A stretch of 64,000 nt of DNA from Chara braunii (Eukaryota > Plantae > Charophyceae), in assembly GCA_003427395.1 (NCBI GenBank), contig BFEA01000027.1:1925086-1989085 (forward strand), given 5' to 3'. The notes under the pieces were generated by a model. It was not told where the DNA came from, made no database searches, and saw only the letters and a program-made list of their open reading frames with translations. Shown piece by piece: positions 12,068 to 23,739 of this stretch (its first letter is position 1; the number at the start of each line of letters is the position of its first letter). A program made the position numbers and the translations under genes.

Positions 12068-13808
12068 TCAGTCCTTGGTTTTTACTGGGAGAACAAATGG
12101 CGGGTCATCCCACTGGTTATGTTTGTCCAACACATTGTCCTCTAGGAAGATTTGCATGAACGACATGACCATGCTGAGGGTCCAGGCAAGATTTGTTCTG
12201 AATCGGTCTATGGAGAGGTTCATGAGGTCGTGGTGAGCAAACCATGTGAAACTTGTCGGTATTTTCAAGGATCTGGTTTTGTAATCCATCAACACAATGA
12301 CCGGGTATAACACCCTTGGGGAATGATGGTGAGGAAGGCAGAACGGCACCCCGGACACCTCCTATGTCTCTTGGCACCAATCTTTTAGATGCTTGAGGAT
12401 TACTGCGGTGGAGGGATTGCCCCTCCATCCCTCCACTGTAAGGCCCTTCGGGTCCGGTGGCTGTTTGGGATAGCAGTCTAGAGGAGGTCTGAGCCCCAAC
12501 AGCCATTGGCCACCTTCTCTTTCTCGGGTCAGCGGAAGTATGACCACTCCCGGTGGAGTTTCCACTGGGGCGTCATCATCCACTTGGAGTCTCGCCCGAT
12601 TTCTTAGTTTCTGGGGGGGGCGGTCCTTAAGTGTGTCTGGATTTTGTGATGCTGGCGTTGAGACCGGGGGATGGTGACCACAGTTATTGTGTGGTCTTTG
12701 TGTTTCTCCCTGATTTGTGGTCCCCCCTGTATTGCAAGGTGGTGGGGGGATTGTTGTTCCTCCAGATGAGTGGGTGCAGCAATAGGGGGGTCGTGCAGGG
12801 TGGTGTAAAGTTCTTGGACCAGCAGCTTGGGCCAAGCCAGCCCCTCGTGGACGAAGGCCTCCTCTTGGGTGTCCGGCCAGCCCAAGTCCTGTGTGGTTTG
12901 TTTCTGACATAGTCTGTTAGTTGCATACTCCTCTATTTTGTCCAGAAACTCGTTGACCACAAGGACAATGGCCGCTCCCACGCCCATCCAATCAATGGAC
13001 GCGATGTCCTTATATTTTTCAACGGTGGCCAGAACATGAGGGTTGAACATTAGCACTCTTTTAGCGTCGAGTCGTCGACCCAGGGCCAGTATTTGTTAGC
13101 AAGTTTGTCCTGTGCTCCATCCGCCAACATGGAAAATATCTTGGCAAGGGTCCACTTCGTGAAGAAGGCCAACTTTTGTTTAACCTCATCATTGGCTGCC
13201 AGCGGAGGGGGGGGCAGGGGCCGAGCTGTCCTGTTCAAGCGGGGCCGGAGTCTGGGTCATTTCGACGTCAGCATTCGCCTGTAGCAGGGATCGGCGTTGC
13301 GTGTTCGACGAGAGCTCGTCTGGGGCCACAGGCTGCATCGGACTATTCGGTGTCTGGAGTTTATGTTGCATTTGTCTTTCCTGCTCAAGCTGCCAGAACA
13401 TCCATAGCTGTTGTTGTTGTTGTTGCAGGATAAGCTCCTGTTCACAGTGAAGCGGTTGCTGCCACTGCAGGTGGAGGTGTTGCAAGATCTGTTGTTGGTG
13501 GAGCACCCTTTGTTGGTGCTGCTGGTGGTGGTACTGTGCCAGCTGAGCTTGTAATAGGAGGTGGGCCTGGTCCTCGCACCCCGTGTGTTGTCGGATCTGT
13601 TGTTGTTGGCAGTCATGCGGTTGCGCTTGGTGCAATGAGTGGGCATATATGCGTTGGTGCAGAAGATCTTGTTGCCATTGTTGTTGTTGCTGTTGTTGGC
13701 AATTGTGCCGCATGCTGCACAGCTTGCTGCAGCTGGATTTGGTGCTGTGCCTCCCCCGCTTGCTCCTGTTGTTGCTGCGCCAGTTGTTGCGGCTGCATTA
13801 GCATTTGC

Positions 13809-13847
<39 letters not shown>

Positions 13848-13975
13848 GCCACACGCTGCACAGCTTGCTGCAGCTGGATTTGGTGCTGTGCCTCCCGTGC
13901 TTGCTCCTGTTGTTGCTGCGCCAGTTGGTGCTGCTGCCTTAGATTTTGCTGTTGGCATTGCGCCTCGTGGTGCAC
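12068..13975 (-). pseudogene. LINE ORF1 remnant: Q-rich repeat N-terminus plus globular C-terminal region
   Basis: Collinear ORF fragments 13613-13975, 13189-13713, 13050-13238, 12604-13056, 12362-12910 and 12068-12358 lie directly upstream of ORF2. The unit QQQQEQAxEAQHQIQLQQAVQ is repeated. Confidence 0.65.
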
Positions 13976-14189
13976 TTGGGCTTACCAGAGCCGAGAATGA
14001 AGACAGTTTTAGGGCTGAGGTGTTGAATTTAAAATGCCCAGGGGGTACCCAATACCCTTAGAGCCTAGCTCAGGGGGTACACCAATGAACTGTTGAAATA
14101 CAGACTGGAGTTCGAATCCAGATGGTGGAACTTGATGAGCCTGAATTGCCTGGGGCCGATCAGCTCAATGATGATATCTCAAGGCCGTC

Positions 14190-14425
14190 ACCCTTCTTTT
14201 CTTTTTTTTTAATTAAAAAAATGGTCTGCGCTTAATATGAGTGTGAAGGGACAGGCCCAGTATAATTCCCCTATGGTCAAAGGATCTGCATGGACTGAGG
14301 GCGAGGATGTAGGCCACTATCGAGAGACCCACCAGAGTTTGTCATTGTAGCCCTGATGGTTTTGGAATCAAACTGGTGACCTTGGCTACAACAGCCGGAT
14401 GCCTTAGTACCACCGCAACTCTGAC
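14190..14425 (-). mobile_element. tRNA-derived SINE-like element (degenerate head, A-rich tail)
   Basis: The minus strand reads GCGGTGGTACTAAGGCATCCGGCTGTTGTAGCCAAGGTCACCAGTTTGATTCC, with A- and B-box-like motifs. It is homologous to 14815-14910. A-rich tail near 14193-14210. Confidence 0.55.
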
Positions 14426-14544
14426 TCGGTGCACACAATTAAAGTCGTACTGGTCATGATTCTGAATGTTTCTGAGTTTTCCTTTTCTTCAATTGTTCTT
14501 AGCCAAAGCCGGGTAATGGCACCGGTAGCTCATCCTTGTATTCT

Positions 14545-14640
14545 GATAACGGACGCTGGGCCCGGTTCCCAGCCGTGTTGCTCCCCACGAATAGATTGGA
14601 GCATCGTCTCTTTTTTTTTAAAAAAAAAAAAAAAAAAAAA
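14545..14640 (+). mobile_element. Short retroposon 3' tail (shared module + poly-A)
   Basis: Module at 14551-14602, A-run at 14620-14640. Confidence 0.7.
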
Positions 14641-14814
14641 GCCCACCCCAGCACCCTTGCAGCAAGGATTTTGACAAGACATCCATGAGATCCTGCACAG
14701 GCACCAGCATCCACGCAGAATCCAAGACCCTCCACCGGTGCCAGCATCCACACAGACACCATCATCCAGGTAACCACCTCTGGCTGGTTACTGCGCTCGT
14801 ACACTATTGGTAAG

Positions 14815-14910
14815 TTTGTCATTCTAGCCCTGATCATTCCGCAGCCCAACGGAATTGAACCAGTGACCTCCGCTATAACAACCGGATGCCTTACCACTGC
14901 GACTGTGCAA
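14815..14910 (-). mobile_element. tRNA-like SINE head (pseudo-tRNA)
   Basis: The minus strand reads AGTCGCAGTGGTAAGGCATCCGGTTGTTATAGCGGAGGTCACTGGTTCAATTCC: A box plus GGTTCAATTCC B box. The acceptor stem is not intact. Confidence 0.6.
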
Positions 14911-15397
14911 AATCCATGGAACCTGTCAGTGGCAACCAGCCCCATGGGAAAGAAGAAATCAGGTTTTCTTTGGTTTCTCGACTGGTGTGGCGAAGCCTTA
15001 GGACTAAATTCAACAAAATTTGACTCCTGGTCCTCCAGGAGCTATTTACTTATACCAACCAAATGATTTCATTCAATTCCCTTATACTGGTAATATTCCA
15101 AGACCTCATCGACTACCAAAAAGGGGAACAAAAGTTGTACTGTCCTGATGTCATGTTTTTCTTTTTTCCTTTTTTTGGTTTCTTTTTTGGGGGATTTCCT
15201 GGGTGAGGTTCCACTGGCAAACAGGCTGGGATTTTAAGCCTGAACCTGGACGTGTTTAGTGACACGTGCAGAAAATTGCAATGGATCTGCTTTTCTGCAT
15301 TTCAGCATTACAAGACGTCCAAATTCAGGAGCTTCCTCCACTCTTCTTGCTAGTCGGACCTCGCCCCTTATGTCTCCGAAAGAGACCTTTCTTGTGG

Positions 15398-15492
15398 ACG
15401 ACGACGACGACGACGATGACGTCGTCGTCGAAGAAGAAGAAGAAGAAGAAGAAAGAAGAAGAAGAAGAAGAAGAAGAAGAAGAAGAAGAAGA
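15398..15492 (+). repeat. (GAC)n/(GAA)n microsatellite
   Basis: Direct reading. Confidence 0.95.
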
Positions 15493-15690
15493 ACTACGTG
15501 GGAGTCACAAAAAAGTTTATAAATGCATTTGAAACAGCGTTTCTGCAGTCCAGTCAGGGCCGCAGTTAGAAATGCAGTCCAAACTCCAATTTGCGGAAAA
15601 GTTGTGCAGCCCAGTTTGAGACTGCAATCTAGCCCCTCACGGGGGAGGGCCCGGTAGAGACTGTAGAGGCCTCTCCGTGCGCACATTTCG

Positions 15691-15692
<2 letters not shown>

Positions 15693-15757
<65 letters not shown>

Positions 15758-15797
15758 CGCTCGCTCGCTCGCTGTCTCGCTCTGTGCGCACATTTCG

Positions 15798-15853
<56 letters not shown>
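15693..15853 (+). repeat. (CT)n microsatellite next to an assembly gap
   Basis: Direct reading. N gap at 15854-16819. Confidence 0.95.
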
Positions 15854-17728
15854 NNNNNNNNNNNNNNNNNNNNNNNNNNNNNNNNNNNNNNNNNNNNNNN
15901 NNNNNNNNNNNNNNNNNNNNNNNNNNNNNNNNNNNNNNNNNNNNNNNNNNNNNNNNNNNNNNNNNNNNNNNNNNNNNNNNNNNNNNNNNNNNNNNNNNNN
16001 NNNNNNNNNNNNNNNNNNNNNNNNNNNNNNNNNNNNNNNNNNNNNNNNNNNNNNNNNNNNNNNNNNNNNNNNNNNNNNNNNNNNNNNNNNNNNNNNNNNN
16101 NNNNNNNNNNNNNNNNNNNNNNNNNNNNNNNNNNNNNNNNNNNNNNNNNNNNNNNNNNNNNNNNNNNNNNNNNNNNNNNNNNNNNNNNNNNNNNNNNNNN
16201 NNNNNNNNNNNNNNNNNNNNNNNNNNNNNNNNNNNNNNNNNNNNNNNNNNNNNNNNNNNNNNNNNNNNNNNNNNNNNNNNNNNNNNNNNNNNNNNNNNNN
16301 NNNNNNNNNNNNNNNNNNNNNNNNNNNNNNNNNNNNNNNNNNNNNNNNNNNNNNNNNNNNNNNNNNNNNNNNNNNNNNNNNNNNNNNNNNNNNNNNNNNN
16401 NNNNNNNNNNNNNNNNNNNNNNNNNNNNNNNNNNNNNNNNNNNNNNNNNNNNNNNNNNNNNNNNNNNNNNNNNNNNNNNNNNNNNNNNNNNNNNNNNNNN
16501 NNNNNNNNNNNNNNNNNNNNNNNNNNNNNNNNNNNNNNNNNNNNNNNNNNNNNNNNNNNNNNNNNNNNNNNNNNNNNNNNNNNNNNNNNNNNNNNNNNNN
16601 NNNNNNNNNNNNNNNNNNNNNNNNNNNNNNNNNNNNNNNNNNNNNNNNNNNNNNNNNNNNNNNNNNNNNNNNNNNNNNNNNNNNNNNNNNNNNNNNNNNN
16701 NNNNNNNNNNNNNNNNNNNNNNNNNNNNNNNNNNNNNNNNNNNNNNNNNNNNNNNNNNNNNNNNNNNNNNNNNNNNNNNNNNNNNNNNNNNNNNNNNNNN
16801 NNNNNNNNNNNNNNNNNNNGGGAGGGATGGGCCACAATCTTCAGCGGGAGAGAGAGCGAGGGAGAGAGAGAGGCCAGAATTTCCTACTGTAGTTGGCGGC
16901 GAGAGAGAGACAGAGAGACACGTGGTAAAGTTTCCTATAGCAGCTTGCCGGTCTTGGGGATGTGACTCGCTGGACTCATAAGGGACGGCTGCCAGGTAAC
17001 AGGTGCACGAGCAACAGTCACACAGTTGTGAATGAAAGCCAACAGAAGACATGGTATTGTTGATGATTGTACTGGGGTTTAGTTGATTAAAGAAAGAAAG
17101 ACAAATGGCCATGGGAGGAAAATGAAAAAAATACCATCCTCGACACATATTCGACATATAGCATCTACTGTCCCAATCAGCAGGATCTTTGGTTTTCCTT
17201 CTGTTTTTTTTCTGGTGGCCGGGTCTTTTTTTATGGAGGAGCAAGAGCATCTCCACAGGGAATCTCCTGTCCCTCAACTTATCCTGCTGCCTTTCCCTTG
17301 TCTTGTCGGACAAGCTTTATATGCCCCTCTTCCCCTGAATAGAACTCGTGTTCATTATTGCTGAATCTAGACTGAAAAATTACTCCAAATACCACTGTCA
17401 ATGAGCTTCTTCTGAGAAATTGCGAAGGTTAAAGCACCAGTACATGGGCACCTGGTCCACGGGCCTGACACCTCATCTTCTGGAGGCGCGAAACAAAAAC
17501 GCGACCGCTGATCAAATTTATCAATGACGGGCCCAGCATTTGACGTTGCAGCCTCGTTTTCTTGTGGCGAGAAGTTTCGGACTGCAAGGCTGGGGCCTTG
17601 TAGCCTTGCAGAAATATGTTCATCAGCTACTCCAAAAAATTTGCTGCTTTCGCAGCTCGGTATCGGTACTGGACCACTATGGCTCAGCCTGGACCCACCC
17701 GCCAAAAAATAAAAGAAGTGCGCCACTA

Positions 17729-17833
17729 CCGTCTTCCCCCGAACATAACGCACCCTGAAATTGAACGTATGCAAGCTATATTTCCGGTCCGGTACAGCCA
17801 AGGTGAGGGTGCGTTGTGTTCGGGGGAAGACGG
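17729..17833. mobile_element. Tc1/mariner-type MITE (TA TSD)
   Basis: TA|CCGTCTTCCCCCGAACATAACGCACCCT...AGGGTGCGTTGTGTTCGGGGGAAGACGG|TA. Related sequence at about 45460-45765. Confidence 0.75.
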
Positions 17834-17993
17834 TAGCCATTCGGAAAGCCTTCAAAAACGGGGGGCGCCCAAATGTGAAGTTCTTGGAAAAAAAAAAGCT
17901 TGCCGTGCAGTGCAGTGCCTCCAGGCCTAGGTGTACTGGTGGGAAGGGAAACACTCACCATTGAGCAGCATAACCTGACAGATCGATGAGTAA

Positions 17994-19317
17994 GGGTCTC
18001 GTTAGACACTCCTAAAAGTGCCTGTTTTTAGGATTGCGTCTTGGTTGCGCACAATCCTAAATCCAATTTTGAGATCGAAAATGTGAGAACGGCGGTAGGA
18101 CGAGTCCTAAAGGATTGTAAAGGTATAAAAGATGTGTATTCACAATGGAAAAGGTAAGGATTGAGGGCAAAGAAATATCTGAGCTTGTGCAACAGGTCAT
18201 GGAAACAGAAATAAGATCTCAATGGGATAAGACTAAATCTAGGCTTAATACACTCCAGAAAAAACAGGATATCAAGAAAGGTATTCAGAATTTCACAAAG
18301 GACTGGCTGGGTGGGTGAATCTGCAAGAAGGAAATTGGGAAACATGGAGTGGCCAGGGGGGGAAGAAGATGAGATAAATCTCAAAAGAGATTATGGGATT
18401 ACCTTCCTGGCCTGGTTTGATGTACAGCCAGGAGCTATCTTGAGGTCTCCAGAAGCCTTTCCAGACCCCTTTCCTATTTCTGAGCTTGCTTTGGTGGATC
18501 TTCATTGGTATGGAGGGGGGAGGGATAAAAGGTTTTATTCTCTCATCATTTTGACAGCAAACAAGTGAGTTTGGTATAAGCAAGAGAGGATGAATGGGTA
18601 TTAGGGGTTAGACAGGAGGGTGGGCTGCTAAAATTTACATAGTCATCTGGCGGTCAGATTCTGGCTGAAGAGGCAGCTATTCTTTTGTCACACTTCCCTT
18701 TGATCAAATGTTTAAATATACTGTAAATGAGGAACGCTGGACCCGGTTTCCAGCAGGTGCAGTCCCCACCAATAGAATGGAGCCAGGGGCAGGGGGTTAG
18801 TGGTGGATGCTATTATCATCATCACTAACAACCAGAGTCCGGATAAAGAAAAAAAGAAAAAGAAAAAAAGAGTCCTAAAGGATTCAAGTTTAGGATTCCC
18901 CAGGCAAAATTGTCCTAAATTTTCCAGTAGCCCCTGACCTACTGAAAAATTTAGGATTCCCGCGTTTCACGGACTCATTGCGTCGCGCGCATGGCACCGT
19001 CGACACGGAGTTGCTGGTGCAGAAGCGGTCCGTCGGGTCAGTGGTCGGACATCGGAGGTTTTCTGCGGGTCCACGAGGGCAACGGCCACGAACGGTAGCC
19101 GTTGGCGGGGATTGGACGGACATTGGCAGGAATGGACGGACATTGGCGACGCGGCTGCGTATACGCATATGAAAACCGGCCGCGGGAGACCTTTTAGGAC
19201 GAATCCTAAAAGATGATTTTTAGGCTTGCGTGTAACGACGCCGCACAAAATCCTAAAAATCCTTTCGGAAGAGTCCTAAAATTTTTTGGATTCTTTTAGG
19301 AGTGTCTATCGAGACCC
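17994..19317. mobile_element. Non-autonomous deletion derivative of the 49768-59117 Harbinger, with a nested LINE fragment
   Basis: TIR GGGTCTCGTTAGACACTCCTAAAAG at both ends, flanks TAA/TAT. The left and right arms match 49768-50105 and 58935-59117. Confidence 0.9.
18117..18869 (+). mobile_element. 5'-truncated LINE with 15-bp TSD, inserted into the Harbinger MITE
   Basis: GAGTCCTAAAGGATT at 18102-18116 and 18870-18884. ORF2 C-terminal motif WFDVQP...FPDPFP, shared 3' module at 18731-18783, A-rich tail. Confidence 0.9.
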
Positions 19318-19422
19318 TATTGCCAAAACGCAAAGAGACCCAACAATCAAATCCACAATGACGGGGATAAAAGCAAGAACAGAGACAAGAGGATAGGAAG
19401 GGGGAAGAAGAAAGAGAAACAG

Positions 19423-20100
19423 TTTTTTTTTTTTTTTAAACAAAACACCCCTGCCGTTGCTAGTGGTGCTGATAAGAGCAGACACCGCTAGCACCTGGGG
19501 GGAGGCCCCATCTATTGGTGGGGGGCAACACCTGCTGGAAAACGGGTCCAGCGTCCCATGTACAAATTGAATGTTGGGAACCATCCGAGAAAAGTTGCGG
19601 GGGGGCTGCCAGCATTGATTGCCCTGAAATCCAGGGGATTGACTGAGCAGGGCCTTAGAGAGGAGGGGGAACCACCTCATTCTCGAGCCAGATACCTGCC
19701 AACCCCTAACTATCCCCCCCTACTCATTGACTCCGAATATTCAAGCTGCGTGGAAAGCTGCTTGGGTAATTTAGTACAAGAGAGAATAACCTCCCCGGGG
19801 GGCTCCGGAGGGCCATTCCTTATCTGAGTATGAGTTAGCAGAAGATGGGTTAACAGAATTGCTCAGTCAGGACAGGATTTCTGCCAGGGAAAGGGCATGG
19901 AGTGGGAAGGGGTCGGGGAAGTCCGAGGGGTGGCGGAGTGGGAAAGAGGGTTCAATGTTTGTCCAGTCTTTAAAACATAGGCGGCAGTCTCTCCTCTCTT
20001 CCAAATCCCACTGTCCCTTTCCCTCGTCTCCGCTCCATTGTGCTTTCGCAATCCATCCTTCTCTCTCCCCTCCCACCCAATCTGTGCAAAAAGTTGTGAT
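19423..20100 (-). mobile_element. 5'-truncated LINE fragment
   Basis: T-run at 19423, stem-loop, module at 19505-19557, ORF2 C-terminus DWTNIEPSFPLRHPSDFPDPFP. Confidence 0.8.
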
Positions 20101-20190
20101 CCATCTAACCGTACGCAGTACTACACACGTATACAAATTCTCCCGAACGTGACTCAGAACGAAAAATAAACATGAAGCTCAGGCGGCATG

Positions 20191-20244
20191 GACCCGACAT
20201 TTCGGTTGTCCGCCATACAGCACTCCTCAGGGGGGGGTTGGGTC
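20191..20244 (-). ncRNA. Degenerate minimal type I hammerhead ribozyme (Penelope pseudo-LTR-like)
   Basis: The minus strand reads CCC-CTGAGGA-(stem II)-GAAATGTC-GGG. The core matches CUGANGA/GAAA with a closing stem I. Stem II is imperfect. Confidence 0.45.
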
Positions 20245-20284
20245 GCAGAGGTACTGTTTATAAACAGCTACCTCTCTATATACC

Positions 20285-20368
20285 TTTTTTTTTTTTTTTA
20301 ATATAAACAAAACCCCTGTCAGTGTTAGTGGTGCTGATAAGAGCAGACACCACTAGCACCTGGGGCAT
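20285..20368 (-). mobile_element. LINE terminal stem-loop plus poly-A only
   Basis: Near-identical to 19423-19500. Confidence 0.75.
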
Positions 20369-20459
20369 GGTCCCACTAGCAACCGGATAGGATAGAAAAG
20401 AGTTTGTGTGGCAGTTGAGTGACCCAAATCCTGCCGTGCAGTACTGGTGATCCCACGGT

Positions 20460-22539
20460 CAGTATTTTACATGTATTACCCGAAAAAGTAAGGAGATCTT
20501 CGTTCCCCTCCTCCTCTCCTTAACACTGGGCATGCCGGTGCAAAGGAAGCTTCCCGCCAAAATCTTTTCAATCCGTTGGGGAAATGGCCAACCCCAAAAG
20601 AGAGTGGGGTTGGCTAAAGAATGGGACCTATCGAGGCATTCAGACGTATGGCCCTGCTTTTTCATCCCTTCTTTCTCGACGAGGAGACCAAAGTCTAGGC
20701 TGTGGCGGAGCATATTATCTTCCTGACACAAATTGTTCCCCCGGATCCTCCGCCCTCTGGAGACGAGAAAGGAAGTATTAATAAGATATTATTTGAAAAT
20801 CCACTGATTAGAACAGCGGAGGACACCTGACTCAAAGTAGGTGGGGGCAAAGGCTCCTTCAGAAAGAGATGGGTTGAGAGAGGAGTCGTGCAGATTAAAG
20901 ACATCTGGGATGAGCCAACAGATGACTGGCTGTCGATAACCAAACTCAAACAGAAACTCCCACGGCTTCATAATGTGGAGGATAACTACCTCTCATTGCT
21001 CTCCTGTATCCCGTCATACTGGATTGCATTATTACCAGAGTCGGTAGAACACGGCCTCACGGGGCTTGGATAGTAGACCCCAACAATCGGCAAGAGATTT
21101 TGAGAATCCTGGGACCAGGGCTACCACAGGGAATAAAAACGCAAGTGTGGACTCGGAAGCCTGGGTAGAGGTCCCCTGCGCAGTTGATGAGATCAGAGGA
21201 TAAAACCATTCCTACCTCAATTGGTTTTCAGGAGTGCAGGGTGTGGCTTAGCCCTTCTGATGGGAAGGGAAAGGAGGAGGTCTCTCTGATTTTAGAAGAT
21301 GCGACCAATCTGCATATTGAACCTCTGCTTTATGGATGGAAGGGGGTGTTAGGACCGGATGCCTCCACTCCTGTCATCAACTATAAACCTAAGATAGAAG
21401 TTCATGTCTTGAGGGCTACAGTAAAGAAGCAACCGGTAGTGACTGCTGCTGACCGACTCTCAAAGGAACCAGGTTTTGCTGTGGGAAACCTGAACCTCTT
21501 TGGGTTATGGGCAGGACTGAAGGGGATGGACCCGGATGGTATCCCAGAAACAAGCTAGTCTAGCTTGGCTTCAGATGCTTCTGGTGACATTGTCGGCTAC
21601 ATGGCTGGAAGCTAAGGGAATGGAGATTGGGGAACAATGTGTTCGGTGCAACTAGGGGTGGGAAACAACGACCCATGTCTGGTGCTACTGCCCTCATTCC
21701 CTTAAGATATGAGAATGGTGGAAGGAGAAATGGAAACTAGCAGTAGGCAGTAGTTTCCCCTGGTCACAGGAATGGATACTGTCCGGTAAGACGGATTCAA
21801 TCCAAAATTTCTCTTTAGGACTGGCTTACATAGCCTTGGCGTGCAGAGGTGCTATTATGGAGGCAATTTGGAAGGTTAGAAACAGAGCCCTGTTCAAAAA
21901 AGAGAAAACATCCTTCCAGGAACTCATCAGCACGACAGAGACTCTGATAAGACAGACGATCCGGACGGACTGACACTCGGCTCGAAGTCAGACAAGGAAA
22001 AATAGATTTTGGTTCTCCCAGACTTGGGGAAAAGCAGGCAACTTGGTGACTGTCTCACCAGAAGGTAGCCTTATCCTGGCAGATTGGCTTCTCCACGATA
22101 AGGAAGAAAACTGAGCACATGTTTCTAAAAGTGGGAAGAGACCGTTTGTTAGGCCTCTATTTCTCTTTCTTAGAAAGACGATAGTTACACAACACTTGCT
22201 CTTTAGCTGTGGAAAAGTCTCTGGTATTTCTCAGTAATTAGAGCCTTAGGGACTGTGCTGCATAGTTTTGAGTAGGAATATAAATGGTTGAAGTAGGGAA
22301 GTTGTTACCGTTCCTTTGTTCGGTGGAAAAGTTACTTATAGACAGTCTTTCTTGGTATGGTTAGTGTTTGGGAAGCTTAGAACTTATAATTTTTGTAACC
22401 TGGATTGACTTTTGGGGTATAAGAATGTTGGCAAGAGTAAGCTAAACCGGCTGATGCTGCCGGGATAACACCGGGTTGAATTGTGAGGATCCCCGGCCTC
22501 GATCATTGAATTGTAAATGGTTCAAAAAAAAAAAAAAAA
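20460..22539 (+). mobile_element. Decayed 5'-truncated LINE (post-RT/zf-RVT region, 3' UTR, poly-A)
   Basis: IFENPLI...GVVQIKDIWD...LHNVE...IPSYW, a C/H-rich zf-RVT remnant at about 21630-21720, A-run at 22524-22539. Confidence 0.8.
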
Positions 22540-23312
22540 GAGTGGGGTCGGCCATAGGCCCGCTGGATAAAAGATTTTTAGTATTTTGCTTGCTGTTGTG
22601 CAATTATCTCATTGGGTGGAGCCCTCCTTCAATCACGAAGTATATGGAGGGCGTCTGGATCACTACTGACAGAAGTTGAGTTTATTCCAAAAAATGTGGC
22701 AGTTACTTTCTGCACTGTTGTTGCAACCACCACCTCAGATCATTTGTGATCTGATGGCTGGGAAGCACTCTGCTGTGATTTCAGTTGGGAGGTCTCTGTT
22801 TTTTTTTTTTTTTTTTGCCTTTCTCCAGTTTTCTCACCCCAGAAATTCGTAATGAACCTGTCAAGCTGCTGCCACTCAGTGTCACACTGGATCGACCACA
22901 TTCCTATCCGACTGCTAATGGGACCACACCCCTGGGGAGGGGCTCCATCTATTGGTGGGTAGGTCTAGACCAAAAGCCACTGAAAGAACATTCTAGTCCT
23001 ACGTCAACATCAAACAAAACAAACGCTAGGCTAGAAGGTAAACAACTACAACGAACTCAAAAATGCCTCGAACACCGTACCTTGGTACTAAAAAATATCC
23101 TCCTGTCTTTACGTGTCGAAACTATCCAGGGCCTCCGGACTGGTACCCTCCGGTCCATTCATAACAGAAATTCACCTTTCCAAAAACCTCGGGAGAAACC
23201 ATTGAGGAAAACAAAAAAACAAAAAGCATCAGGGCTCCAACAATAGATCATAATCGAGAACTTTCCGGCCTCCTAGAAAACATCAATTGACCTCCGCAAA
23301 CTTCGTATGCAA

Positions 23313-23570
23313 CAGACCTCAAAACCAGTCTTACCAACCAATACAGAACCACAGATTATCAGTTTGGAACCTGCCAAAGGCTGCAGAGACTTAAACAGAG
23401 CCGCGGATCAAAAGGTCCCCTGCTCGAAACCAGCCACGGTCTATAAAGCACCCGACCTCAAAACCAGTCTTACCAACCAGTGCAGAACCACAAATCATCA
23501 ATTCAAAACTGCCAAAGACTGCAAAGACTTAAACAAAAATCAGAAGGTCCCCCGCTCGAAACCAGCCCCA
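23313..23570. repeat. Imperfect tandem duplication of about 135 bp
   Basis: GACCTCAAAACCAGTCTTACCAACCA...CAGAACCACA...GGTCCCC.GCTCGAAACCAGCC occurs twice. Confidence 0.8.
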
Positions 23571-23739
23571 ACTTATAGGTGTACTGGTGGCCTGCGGCGA
23601 GGGTGATATTATCGACCCCCAAGAGCAGGCTCGTGATGTTTATATGAATATATTCAGGAAACTCACTTAATGGATAAATCAGAACACCATAAAGCACATA
23701 ATTCAATTTGGCCCCATTAGGCTTTCAGAGCGCATTCAA

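Larger units (their letters stand above)
6261..13975 (-). mobile_element. Near full-length decayed LINE retrotransposon (L1/Tx1-like)
   Basis: Minus-strand order is ORF1-like region, APE, RT, zf-RVT, 3' UTR, shared 3' module (6307-6420), A-rich tail (6261-6290). The 5' boundary is approximate and no TSD was found. Confidence 0.93.

Noticed and set aside
13257-14061. Poly-T/N/C/V ORFs
   Set aside because: Alternative frames of the CAA/CAG-rich ORF1 repeat.
14845-14910. Functional tRNA gene
   Set aside because: Acceptor and anticodon stems do not pair properly. It has a diverged paralogue nearby, so it is treated as a SINE head.
15234-17313. Long ORFs spanning 15.2-17.3 kb (also 52.3-53.0 kb and 56.7-57.3 kb)
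   Set aside because: Artefacts of N gaps and dinucleotide repeats.
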